Source of the DNA: Desulfomonilia bacterium
GTDB lineage: Bacteria > Desulfobacterota > Desulfomonilia > UBA1062
DNA length: 64,000 bases
Assembly: GCA_963664325.2 (NCBI GenBank)
Contig: CAXXDQ010000005.1
Location: 32,001 to 96,000 of the forward strand
Direction: 5' to 3'
A program made the position numbers and the translations under genes. Shown one piece after another: positions 39,370-47,888 of this stretch. The stretch's first letter is position 1, and each line of letters begins with the position of its first letter. The notes beneath the pieces were generated by a model. It searched no databases. It was given only the letters and a program-made list of their open reading frames with translations, and had not been told where the DNA came from.

Positions 39370-39441
39370 CCCTAATACCCCGGCTCACCCTTGAGGAGAC
39401 CGCACAGAGGGCTCTGAATAGGGTGGGGCCGATTATTGGCC
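39370..39441 (-). repeat. attC site with mutated R boxes
   Basis: Minus strand: GGCCAAT, CGGCCCCACCCT/AGGGTGAGCCG stem with extrahelical base, ATTAGGG; R'' complements the cassette start GTTGGCC except at one base. Confidence 0.7.
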
Positions 39442-39756
39442 GTCCGTGTGTCTCTTCCAGTTCAGCCGAATGCCCTGTGATAGATTCAGGGCTGCCTTCC
39501 CAAAGAAAATGTTCACTTCGCCGGCCTGATCCATGTGGAGGGTCAATTCCACCTCATCCAGAGCGTATGTGCCCTTCTCAACCGCGCATTCGTTCAGAAA
39601 GGACGATATTTCACGAATGGCGGCAGAAAGGTTCCTCCGCACGACGTCCGGTGGAATCATGGCCACGTTTGCTCCGGCGGCGTGTGCTCCATCAACCGGC
39701 GGGATGTCGGGGCGCGTTCCTCTTGCGGAAATGTCAGATAGGTATCGCACTGGCAT
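39433..39756 (-). CDS. Pepco/Trypco-like (peptidase co-occurring) domain protein
   Basis: YALDEVELTLHMDQAGEVNIFFGKAALNLSQGIRLNWKR resembles the Pepco pattern; start MPVRY after AGGAGG. Confidence 0.65.
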   Translation of the reverse strand: MPVRYLSDISARGTRPDIPPVDGAHAAGANVAMIPPDVVRRNLSAAIREISSFLNECAVEKGTYALDEVELTLHMDQAGEVNIFFGKAALNLSQGIRLNWKRHTDGQ

Positions 39757-41095
39757 GGCTTTTCTCCTCCTTTCCTGACCACTCGCGTTTGAACGGATCG
39801 ATGCCAAACTGGTCACGGCACGTGTTGACGAATCCACAACTACCAGTGCAACTGTCCAGCATGGCGTTCAGCCTACACTCCGGACAAACGACTTGGCCTG
39901 GGCGAACAGCAATCTCACGGGCACCCCAAAGACAAAGCCTCTGGAACAAAACGGGGAGTACTTCGTCGGCCAGGTGGCCGAAGAAGGTCCCCTGATTGGG
40001 ACAGTCTGCATAGTGGTTGCTGTTGAAGTAGTGCCAGATAGGGACGGGGAAGTCGTGCATGATGACCACAAAGAACGCAGGCAGTGTTGCGAACCATCTG
40101 GCACGAGCTCGCCGATACTGAATTCCCTGCCGAAGCAGCGCACCAAGCGGAGTGTATGCTATTGTAGCCAGTTTTGTGAACTGGTCTTCCGCCGTTCGTA
40201 GGAGTTCTGGCAAGGGTGGAAGCCCAGTTGCCTGTTGCATGGTGCCAATAATTTCGTCAATGTGCTTCATGATGTCGGCATAATCGATCCCTGCGAAGAG
40301 TTGCTCAACGGCTGCAACTGCTGTGTCAAACAGAGTACGAGGATTCATCGGACGTTTGTCTACGACCAAGTGGGATTGCATGCAGTAGTCGCAGAGGATG
40401 GGGATCAATCTGTGTATCCCATTTTCCCGAAAGGCGAGAGTTTCTTCACTTTCGCCGAGCGCGTTTCGGGCCTCGGTATGAATGGACGGAAAGGTCTCGC
40501 GCAGGATCTCGCCCGTTATGATCTCAGCCTCTGCTTCCAGCATGTGTGTCCATCTCAAATCGTCTGTGCTTCGATTAACGCCCATCGCCGCAAAGAACTC
40601 CCGTGGCATTTCTTGCGGGAAGGCACCTTGCACGGCCAGCCATGCGCCCAACCCCGTAAGGGCGATACCTCCCTCATACGCCACCCATTGATCTCGCCAA
40701 CGTTCCAGAATTGGGTTCGTGGTGTCCGGCGACACGACGTACTTCATCAGTGGGATGAGGGGTGGAACGCCACCCTCTCGCATTTCTTTGAGACAGCGAT
40801 AGGTCCAAACGGATTGCTGGTGGCGGCATTCGTAGAAGAAGAGACCCATATTGCGGGTTGTGTACTGAAGGTGGTGCGTGTACTCATGAATGAGACTGCC
40901 GAAAGCTATCGCTCTATCCAAGTCGCAACCTTGATTGTCGAGTCGAATCGTTTCTGCTGATTTGCCAGCCTGCAACGTACTGAAGGCATCCCGCAGCGCC
41001 GCCGTGTAGGCCTGAAGGTAGGCAAGAGTTTCCCCAGGGTTCTGTGAATACGTATGGATGGCTAGCAGTTCCGGGTAGTAGTAGCCTTTTGCCAT
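39734..41095 (-). CDS. HExxH zincin-like metallopeptidase with Cys-rich C-terminus
   Basis: LIHEYTHHLQ, downstream MLEAEAE, C-terminal CPEC..CTGSC...C; overlaps the Pepco gene start. Confidence 0.65.
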   Translation of the reverse strand: MAKGYYYPELLAIHTYSQNPGETLAYLQAYTAALRDAFSTLQAGKSAETIRLDNQGCDLDRAIAFGSLIHEYTHHLQYTTRNMGLFFYECRHQQSVWTYRCLKEMREGGVPPLIPLMKYVVSPDTTNPILERWRDQWVAYEGGIALTGLGAWLAVQGAFPQEMPREFFAAMGVNRSTDDLRWTHMLEAEAEIITGEILRETFPSIHTEARNALGESEETLAFRENGIHRLIPILCDYCMQSHLVVDKRPMNPRTLFDTAVAAVEQLFAGIDYADIMKHIDEIIGTMQQATGLPPLPELLRTAEDQFTKLATIAYTPLGALLRQGIQYRRARARWFATLPAFFVVIMHDFPVPIWHYFNSNHYADCPNQGTFFGHLADEVLPVLFQRLCLWGAREIAVRPGQVVCPECRLNAMLDSCTGSCGFVNTCRDQFGIDPFKREWSGKEEKSHASAIPI

Positions 41096-41218
41096 TTCTT
41101 TAGTTCCTTCTTGCGGCCAACAATTAAAATACCAACTTAGTTTTTTCGATTTTTACAAGCCAATAATACTCATTTATCGTGATAAAGACAAATAGAAAGT
41201 GCTATAATATCAAATAAG

Positions 41219-41290
41219 GACAAATGGTACCTGGCCTAGATTCTTGACAAATTGATTAAATTGTCCCATTTCAAGGCCCGACACGAAGAC
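41219..41290 (+). repeat. REP-like palindrome family copy 4
   Basis: Direct repeat of 38716-38786, abutting the hflX duplicate. Confidence 0.88.
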
Positions 41291-41295
41291 CCTTA

Positions 41296-41472
41296 TGACC
41301 GCTCGACGCTGAAGCCGCTCATCGAAAGGCTCGAAAGGTATTTTTCATAGTAAACCATGATGGGTGAAATCCAAACCGATAAAAACCATCCCGGTATAAC
41401 TGTCATCTGAAACCTTGAAATTTTCTGTTTCATGAAAATAAAGGTTTATCGCAGATATGTATAGCCTGGCAG
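41296..41472 (+). pseudogene. Diverged duplicate of the hflX 3' end plus downstream sequence
   Basis: Translates DRSTLKPLIERLERYFS* versus hflX DRKTLTPLIERLERYFS*; lacks ~80 bp present downstream of the intact copy. Confidence 0.9.
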
Positions 41473-41674
41473 TTACAGTAACTACTTACAGTTATGGAAA
41501 CACTACCCTGACGGATTACCTGTAAAGGTTTTATGAAGATATGTCCTGTTTAGTTGAATTTCCATAACCTTTAAAGATTTAGACTTTGTAAAACAATGAA
41601 TTCGCCATTCTTTATAGCACTATACAGCATTGTTAATATTTAAATAGAATGTATATGTTGCTTATTTTTCCAAT

Positions 41675-42508
41675 TTAAAAGATGAGCATGTCGATACCAC
41701 CTGTTACCGGGATCACCGCCCCGGTGATGTAGGAAGCGGCATCCGAGGCAAGGAAGGCGACTACCTGTGCGACCTCATCAGGCCGGCCCAAACGTCTGAG
41801 TGCGGTCTTTTTCTCGATCCGCTCTCGCATGTGCGCATCATAGAGCTGCACCGCTTCGGTGGCAATGAATCCCGGGCAGACAGTATTGACCGTGATACCG
41901 TACTTGCCAGCTTCGATGGCCAGGGATTTGCTAAAACCTATAAGCCCTGCCTTGGTGGCACCGTACGATGGCTGCATCGAAGCCCCCATGAGACCCGCCA
42001 CTGAAGATATGTTTATTATACGGCCCCAGCCTTTCTTAACCATGCCTGGCCATACAGCCTTGCAGCAGTTGTACGACCCGGTGAGGTTGACATTAAGGTC
42101 CCGTTGCCAGCGTTCGGGTTGCTGCTCATCGAATTTTCCCAGGTTATCCATAACCGCGGCGTTGTTGACGAGGATATCGATGGTCCCGAACTCGGCCTCG
42201 ATCATGCTCACCACCTGATCGACCTCGTCCCTATCCGCCACATCCATCTTGTAGGCGAGGCTCCTTGAGCCCATGTCCTGAATCTCCTTTGCCCCGGAAA
42301 GAGTTTTAACATCGCCTGACCTTGCAAAATGCCCGGCAAGCGCGCTGTACCCGCTCAACCTCTCAGGGTCGTGCTCCTCGCTTTCCAGGAGGATGTCAGT
42401 CAGAACCACATCCGCGCCGGCACGGCCCAGGGCCAATGCGATGGCATGGCCCAATCCCCGCGATGCGCCGGTAACCAGGGCCACCTTTCCTTTCAGATCT
42501 ATCTGCAT
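41675..42508 (-). CDS. SDR family oxidoreductase (FabG-like)
   Basis: TGASRGLG, NNAA, SYGATKAG, VCPGFI. Confidence 0.92.
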   Translation of the reverse strand: MQIDLKGKVALVTGASRGLGHAIALALGRAGADVVLTDILLESEEHDPERLSGYSALAGHFARSGDVKTLSGAKEIQDMGSRSLAYKMDVADRDEVDQVVSMIEAEFGTIDILVNNAAVMDNLGKFDEQQPERWQRDLNVNLTGSYNCCKAVWPGMVKKGWGRIINISSVAGLMGASMQPSYGATKAGLIGFSKSLAIEAGKYGITVNTVCPGFIATEAVQLYDAHMRERIEKKTALRRLGRPDEVAQVVAFLASDAASYITGAVIPVTGGIDMLIF

Positions 42509-42521
42509 AATATCTTACCTC

Positions 42522-43646
42522 TCAATACCATCCCCACTTATGGACGGCTTCATATAGGGCACGGACATTCTCCTTTTTAGCGTTGGCTGGCAGCGAGCAC
42601 CCGGAGGAAAGGATAAAGCCGCCGCCTTTGCCTACTGTCTCAATCAGACGCCTGCAATAGTCCATAACCTCTTCCCTTGACCCCAGCACCAGAAGTTCTG
42701 CAGGGACATCGCCCATGATGCACATGTGCCTGCCGAGGATCTCCTTTGCCTTGAAAATATCGGACTTGCCGTCCAGTTCAAGGATGCATTTCCGCGCAGG
42801 AAAACGCAGGAACAGATCGAAGAATCTTGTCCAGTTCGTATCGCAGTGAAGAATTGGCGTAATCCCCGCCGCTACCAGTCTGTTCACAGTGTACTCCAGG
42901 TCAGGCAGCACCAGGGTTTCAAAATTGCGGCGCGAAATGAAATCCGCTGAGGCGCGCGACATGCCGATGAAGACCCGCGGCACGCCGGTAAAGCGTGAGG
43001 TTATGATCGCCAGGTCCGCCATACCCTTGGCCCAGACCCTTCCGGCCGCCAGGATAGCGTCCTTGCGCTTGAAGGTGTCAGTGCTCATTGCCTTGATGCC
43101 CCGGCCTAATGAAAAGTACTCGTATAGAACCCCAGGATGAATGAAGCCTACGGCTACTTCCATGCCCCGGCTTTTCACCATCCCGGCATGGCGGCGATAC
43201 TCAAATATAGTCTTCGCGAGCGGCAGGAATCCTCGCAGCCCTTTCCAGGCAGGGTTAAGCCGCGCCATGACATCCATCATGAAACGCAGCATGCCTTTGT
43301 GTTCAAGCAGGGCATAATCGTCGGGTGTCAGCAATTCGGTTTCATGGAACTGATGGATGACATTGGCGGGCAGATCCCGTCCCGGGAGTTTGATGGCAGC
43401 TGCCACTCCCATCTGCAGCAGTACGGCATTAGCCGTATCGGCCAGAAAGGTCATGTCCCACGGCCCCAGTTCCGTGGCGGTTCTGATAACCGCCTCAATG
43501 CGTATGTCCCCTTGAGTCATGATTTCAGCACAAGTATAGCCCGCATAGGTCGCTGCATAATGGTCCAGCAAAGGGGCCACCGGCACCCGGTCAGGTTTCT
43601 GAAGCGCTACTACGGCCGCTATACGCTGTCTGGCGTTCATTGGCAT
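42522..43646 (-). CDS. Uroporphyrinogen decarboxylase/MtaA-CmuA family methyltransferase
   Basis: KPDRVPVAP, ILHCD, CIMGDVP, GGGFILSSGC. Confidence 0.85.
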   Translation of the reverse strand: MPMNARQRIAAVVALQKPDRVPVAPLLDHYAATYAGYTCAEIMTQGDIRIEAVIRTATELGPWDMTFLADTANAVLLQMGVAAAIKLPGRDLPANVIHQFHETELLTPDDYALLEHKGMLRFMMDVMARLNPAWKGLRGFLPLAKTIFEYRRHAGMVKSRGMEVAVGFIHPGVLYEYFSLGRGIKAMSTDTFKRKDAILAAGRVWAKGMADLAIITSRFTGVPRVFIGMSRASADFISRRNFETLVLPDLEYTVNRLVAAGITPILHCDTNWTRFFDLFLRFPARKCILELDGKSDIFKAKEILGRHMCIMGDVPAELLVLGSREEVMDYCRRLIETVGKGGGFILSSGCSLPANAKKENVRALYEAVHKWGWY

Positions 43647-44275
43647 ACCGCCCGGGCTATCTCCAGGGCCGCGATAGCGTCTTTGCCCCAGAAATCTGCG
43701 CCAATATCCTTCCGGACATAATCGTTGGTTACGCTGCCGCCGATCATGATCTTGACCTTGTCGCGAAGATTGGTCTTTGTGAATGCAGCAATGGTTTCCC
43801 TCGCGGCATCAAAGGCAGTAGTCAACAGCATGCTCATTCCCACAAGTGAAGCCCTGGATTCAATCACGGCATCCACAAAACACTGAGGAGGAGCGTCCAC
43901 TCCGATGTCGACTACCTTGAAGCCAGCGCACTCCAGTAGAGTTGCGACGATGTTCTTGCCAAGATCATGGATGTCGCCCTGCACAGTGCCGATGACGACA
44001 GCAGCGCCGCCTTTTGCAACAGCAGAGGTTTTGCAGAACGGCTTCAGAATGGCCATGGCCTTCTTGAAGATCTCCCCGGAATAGATCAGCTCGGTCAGGA
44101 AGTACTCCTCCTGCCGGAAGCGCTCCCCGACCTCGGCCATGCCTGCGGAAAGCTCAGTGATGATCACTTCAGGCATCATACCCCTGCTCAGGGATTGCTG
44201 AACCGATGCTTCCGCACCGGCTTCATCCAGATCTGCCAAGGCCCTGCCCAACTCACTCAGATTACTGTAAACCAT
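43637..44275 (-). CDS. Corrinoid (cobalamin-binding) protein, MtaC/MttC-like
   Basis: GTVQGDIHDLGKNIV, DIGVD, VGMSMLLT, IMIGG. Confidence 0.93.
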   Translation of the reverse strand: MVYSNLSELGRALADLDEAGAEASVQQSLSRGMMPEVIITELSAGMAEVGERFRQEEYFLTELIYSGEIFKKAMAILKPFCKTSAVAKGGAAVVIGTVQGDIHDLGKNIVATLLECAGFKVVDIGVDAPPQCFVDAVIESRASLVGMSMLLTTAFDAARETIAAFTKTNLRDKVKIMIGGSVTNDYVRKDIGADFWGKDAIAALEIARAVCQ

Positions 44276-44338
44276 TCTTTCCCCCTCTCAATCTTCATGA
44301 GAAGTTGTTGAATCGGTCCAATGCCTGAGAAAAGACAT

Positions 44339-45181
44339 CTAATTGTAAAAGGTCGGCGCCAGGGCATAGCGGCCGGGCAGACGATGGTCGTGGCTGCCCA
44401 CGATCTCCAGATCGGGTTCTGAGCACATGAGTCTGTAAACCTGTTCAATGCTGGAACCTGCTTCCGGACCTTCGTTCACCAGCGAGGCCATGAACTTCGA
44501 TTTGGGTATCCTATGATCCAGCCCTTCCGGGAAGTAGAAGGTGTCCGCACTGAAGAGAAACCTCCTGCCTGACGGCATTGTCAGCATCATTCCCATAAGG
44601 CCCGGACTGTGGCCTGGAAGATCCACGAGCACCATGGAGCCGTCGCCGAATACATCATAAGAAGCCGGAAAGTTCAGTAAGGGCTTTGCCGGATCCGTCT
44701 TGATGAGCTCTTTCTCCAACCCCGGCACACAGAACTGCTCCTTGATAAAGGCATTCTTGAACAACTGTGCCCCTGAAAGCCCATTGGCAAAGTCCCACTC
44801 CTTTCTGTTTATGATAAAACGGGCATCAGGAAAGTCGCGTATACCACCGGCATGATCCCAATGCAGGTGCGAGATGATCACGTGCTTTACATCTGAAGGG
44901 TCAAACCCATATCGTGGCAGTTGATGCACCAGAGCGTCATGCCGTGGATCATATTGGGCGCGCATCACATAACGGTAGAATAACAGGTTGCCAAAATATA
45001 TCAATGGCTGCATCTCTTCATCGATATGTGTGCCTAACCCAGTATCAAAGAGCACCAGATCATGATCGCGTTCGATCAGAACGCTCAGTATGGGAAAGCG
45101 GATACTCTTAAAGCCTGCACCCTTTACGAACAGCCCTTTGATGACACGCCCGAAACCGGTAGCGAGAAAATATACCTTCAT
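44339..45181 (-). CDS. Metallo-beta-lactamase fold lactonase (AHL-lactonase family)
   Basis: SHLHWDHAGG, DVFGDGS, LPGHSPG, terminal HD. Confidence 0.9.
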   Translation of the reverse strand: MKVYFLATGFGRVIKGLFVKGAGFKSIRFPILSVLIERDHDLVLFDTGLGTHIDEEMQPLIYFGNLLFYRYVMRAQYDPRHDALVHQLPRYGFDPSDVKHVIISHLHWDHAGGIRDFPDARFIINRKEWDFANGLSGAQLFKNAFIKEQFCVPGLEKELIKTDPAKPLLNFPASYDVFGDGSMVLVDLPGHSPGLMGMMLTMPSGRRFLFSADTFYFPEGLDHRIPKSKFMASLVNEGPEAGSSIEQVYRLMCSEPDLEIVGSHDHRLPGRYALAPTFYN

Positions 45182-45190
45182 TGTTTCACC

Positions 45191-45988
45191 TCAGTGGAAT
45201 ACGGCCCCGCCGCAGACATTGATGGCCTGGCCGGTGATGCCCTGAGCATCATTCGAAGCCAGGAATACAGCCATGGCGGCGATCTCCTGCACTTCAAGGA
45301 ACCGGTTTTGAAGACACCTGGACTTTGCAATTGCAATCACCTGTTCCTTTGGCATGTGGTACTGATCTGCGATCTGCTCCAAAGCACCTCCCGGCCCCAG
45401 CACAAGATCGGTGGCAACAATGCCGGGGCAGATCGCATTGACGGTAATTCGAGGGTGCCCTGCCATTGCAACTTCATGGGCCGCGGTCCTTGTAATGCCA
45501 AGCAGCGCATGCTTGGCTGCGGTATAGGAGCTGTTCTGCACGCTGGCCTGTTTGGCCTGAATGGAGGCCATGTTGATGATCCTTCCCCATCCCTGCTCCA
45601 TGATCCTGGGGAGAAAGGCCTTTGTGCAGTTATAATTGCCGAAGAGATGCACCTCGATAGTCCTGCGCCAATCGCGATCGTCGGCCTCCCAGATATTGGC
45701 CCGATGCCCCTCGACGCCGGCATTATTGACCAGGATGTGGACCTTTCCGAATTCCCGGATGGTCAACGCAACACAGGTATTCACATCCATGGGATTCGTG
45801 ACATCCATCTTCACCGCGAGAGCACGGCCACTTTTTCTGGCAATCTCTCCGGCCACTATGTCGGCGGATTTGTCATCAATGTCCGCCACCACGACAGAGG
45901 CCCCTTCATCCGCAAAGGCAAGACATATGGCACGTCCGATGCCGTTTCCACCGCCTGTAATTACCGCCACTCGATCTTCCAGGCGCAT
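45191..45988 (-). CDS. SDR family oxidoreductase
   Basis: TGGGNGIG, NNAG, YTAAKH, ITGQAINVCGG. Confidence 0.92.
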   Translation of the reverse strand: MRLEDRVAVITGGGNGIGRAICLAFADEGASVVVADIDDKSADIVAGEIARKSGRALAVKMDVTNPMDVNTCVALTIREFGKVHILVNNAGVEGHRANIWEADDRDWRRTIEVHLFGNYNCTKAFLPRIMEQGWGRIINMASIQAKQASVQNSSYTAAKHALLGITRTAAHEVAMAGHPRITVNAICPGIVATDLVLGPGGALEQIADQYHMPKEQVIAIAKSRCLQNRFLEVQEIAAMAVFLASNDAQGITGQAINVCGGAVFH

Positions 45989-45991
45989 ACA

Positions 45992-46831
45992 TCACCTCTT
46001 AATATCGCATGAATGCTGGAATTCCTTCGTTGCCATCCGGTCCAGAAGTGCGTCCGGCAGAAACCTGGCCAGCCTGTGCTGCACCGGGTTGTTGCTCACC
46101 AGATAGCGGGGTTTCGGATTCGAAATACTTAACGCCCGGTAAACAGCTTCGGCAACCGCTTCGGGCTTGAGTCCATTTGCTTTGGCCTCGGCCGTCTCAT
46201 GCTCAAGCTTTCTCTTATTGGCTTCATAAAATACAGTGCCGCGATACTGTTCTATCCTTCCCTCAATATCTCTGTCCCAGAGAGGCGTGTTTATGAGTGC
46301 CGGCTCTATGACAACGACCCTGACGCCCAGCGGCAACAGCTCGCGGCGCAGGGCGTCCGACCAGCCCTCGATGGCATGCTTGCTGGAGGCATATGGCCCT
46401 GAAAAGGGAGTGGCCACATACCCTGCCACACTCGACATGTTTATGATTCTCCCCTTTGATTTGAAGAGCATGGGAAAAAGCGCCTTCGTTATCCGGTGCG
46501 TCCCGAATACATTCACATTATACTGACTGACAAGCCGCTCCATAGGAAGGGCCATCAGCGGACCCGGACTGAATATCCCGGCGTTGTTGACAAGGCCGAA
46601 CAGACCCGTTCCCTGCTTCTCGATGAACGTCAGGACCTGTGCGACATCGTTGTCATTTGTTATATCGAGTCTCAGGGTGACTATGCCGCTCGTACCGCTC
46701 AGGTCATCCATCTCAGGCCCGGACATGTCCGTGGCATACACACCGAATCCTTTTCCGGCGAGTAAAAGCGCCGCAGCCCTTCCGATTCCCGATGCCGCAC
46801 CTGTGACAAGCACCCATTGCTTTGCATGCAT
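45992..46831 (-). CDS. SDR family oxidoreductase (17beta-HSD/RDH-like subgroup)
   Basis: TGAASGIG, GLVNNAG, YASSKHAIEGWSDALRREL, PKPRY. Confidence 0.9.
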   Translation of the reverse strand: MHAKQWVLVTGAASGIGRAAALLLAGKGFGVYATDMSGPEMDDLSGTSGIVTLRLDITNDNDVAQVLTFIEKQGTGLFGLVNNAGIFSPGPLMALPMERLVSQYNVNVFGTHRITKALFPMLFKSKGRIINMSSVAGYVATPFSGPYASSKHAIEGWSDALRRELLPLGVRVVVIEPALINTPLWDRDIEGRIEQYRGTVFYEANKRKLEHETAEAKANGLKPEAVAEAVYRALSISNPKPRYLVSNNPVQHRLARFLPDALLDRMATKEFQHSCDIKR

Positions 46832-46842
46832 ACGCGTGATCC

Positions 46843-47871
46843 TTACTTGACCTTGATTCTGCGCTTTGTGGTGTCAATCCCAAGGAGACGTCCGAGATTG
46901 CCGCCGAAGATCTTGGCCTTGTCCTCGTCCGTTATGGGCGGATAGCCGTATTGGGCCTGCAGGTCCTCAGGGATCTGGAAATCTATGAATCCTTTGGTCG
47001 CTCCACGGATCTGAGCAGCATAGCCGGCATAGTCAGTACCCCAGGTGATCTTGTCCGGACCGACCCATCTCATGGCCTCGCCCAGAAGTTTGCCGAACTT
47101 GCGCGGCGCCGAGAAAGTCCAGGGCACAAGCAGGCTCAGGCAGATGTAGACATTGGGGTGCTGCATGGCAATCATGTTGAGGTCATCACTGTAGGGATAT
47201 CCCATATGGAAGGCATTGATCTTGAGTTCCGGGAAATCGCGCGCCACATCGTCGAGCTGCACCGGCAGGGCGTATTTGCTCTTGCCCGGCGGCACCCAGC
47301 AGAAACCTGTATGAATGTCGAGCACGATCCCCAACTCCTGAGCCTTTTCATAGAACGGCCATATCTCGGGGTCGTTCATGTAGGTGTCTTCAGGCGGGTA
47401 GAACTTGAATATCTTCGCACCCCGCTCCTTTACCCAGTAGGTCATCTCCTTGATGGTGTTCTGTACACCCTTGAACTTGATGGGTGAGACATTGGGCTGA
47501 AGCATGAAGCGCTCAGGATTGGTTTCCACGATCTTGGCCATCTGGCCGTTTGTCACCCAGCGGGTCGTATAGTTGGTGGAGTCCATCATGGACTCGGGAA
47601 GGAGGCAGGCGATGTCCACGCCATACCTGTCCATGGCCCAGATGATGTTCTCCGCAGTGGCATCCTTGAGCATCTCGCGTTCTTCCATGCCCTCGGCTAT
47701 GGGTGCAAGCATTTCCCAAGGGGCGCCGGTCATGAGCGGGCGTTTGATGTTGTCGATTGCCCGCCACCACATCTGCACCCCTGGAAAATAATTGATGTGA
47801 TCCATGTCGCCAACCAGGTGGCATTCGGGATCGATCTTGAAATAATTATCCTTGGGTATTTTCACTGACAT
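46843..47871 (-). CDS. Amidohydrolase-2 family protein
   Basis: IDPECH, FKFYPP, DIHTG, AFHMGYP, WGTDY. Confidence 0.9.
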   Translation of the reverse strand: MSVKIPKDNYFKIDPECHLVGDMDHINYFPGVQMWWRAIDNIKRPLMTGAPWEMLAPIAEGMEEREMLKDATAENIIWAMDRYGVDIACLLPESMMDSTNYTTRWVTNGQMAKIVETNPERFMLQPNVSPIKFKGVQNTIKEMTYWVKERGAKIFKFYPPEDTYMNDPEIWPFYEKAQELGIVLDIHTGFCWVPPGKSKYALPVQLDDVARDFPELKINAFHMGYPYSDDLNMIAMQHPNVYICLSLLVPWTFSAPRKFGKLLGEAMRWVGPDKITWGTDYAGYAAQIRGATKGFIDFQIPEDLQAQYGYPPITDEDKAKIFGGNLGRLLGIDTTKRRIKVK

Positions 47872-47888
47872 AGTCGTCCTCCTTCTGA

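Larger units (their letters stand above)
36969..41121 (-). mobile_element. Degenerate integron cassette array without integrase, array 2 (minus strand)
   Basis: Starts at GTTGGCC (41121-41115); attC-like sites at 39370-39441, 38164-38204 (partial), 37460-37535 and 36969-37033 separate co-oriented short genes. Confidence 0.72.

Noticed and set aside
29085-41295. Prophage or classical integrase-encoding genomic island
   Set aside because: No integrase, phage structural or conjugation genes seen; the repeats are long, diverged and interleaved rather than short att cores.
42522-44275. EmtAB-type estrogen methylation system
   Set aside because: As I recall, EmtA belongs to the MtmB family, whereas this methyltransferase is URO-D/MtaA family; the resemblance is only thematic.
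44339-45181. Quorum-quenching system (AHL lactonase here plus acylase at 1-1905)
   Set aside because: The genes are over 40 kb apart, both families are broad, and the lactonase sits in a catabolic operon.
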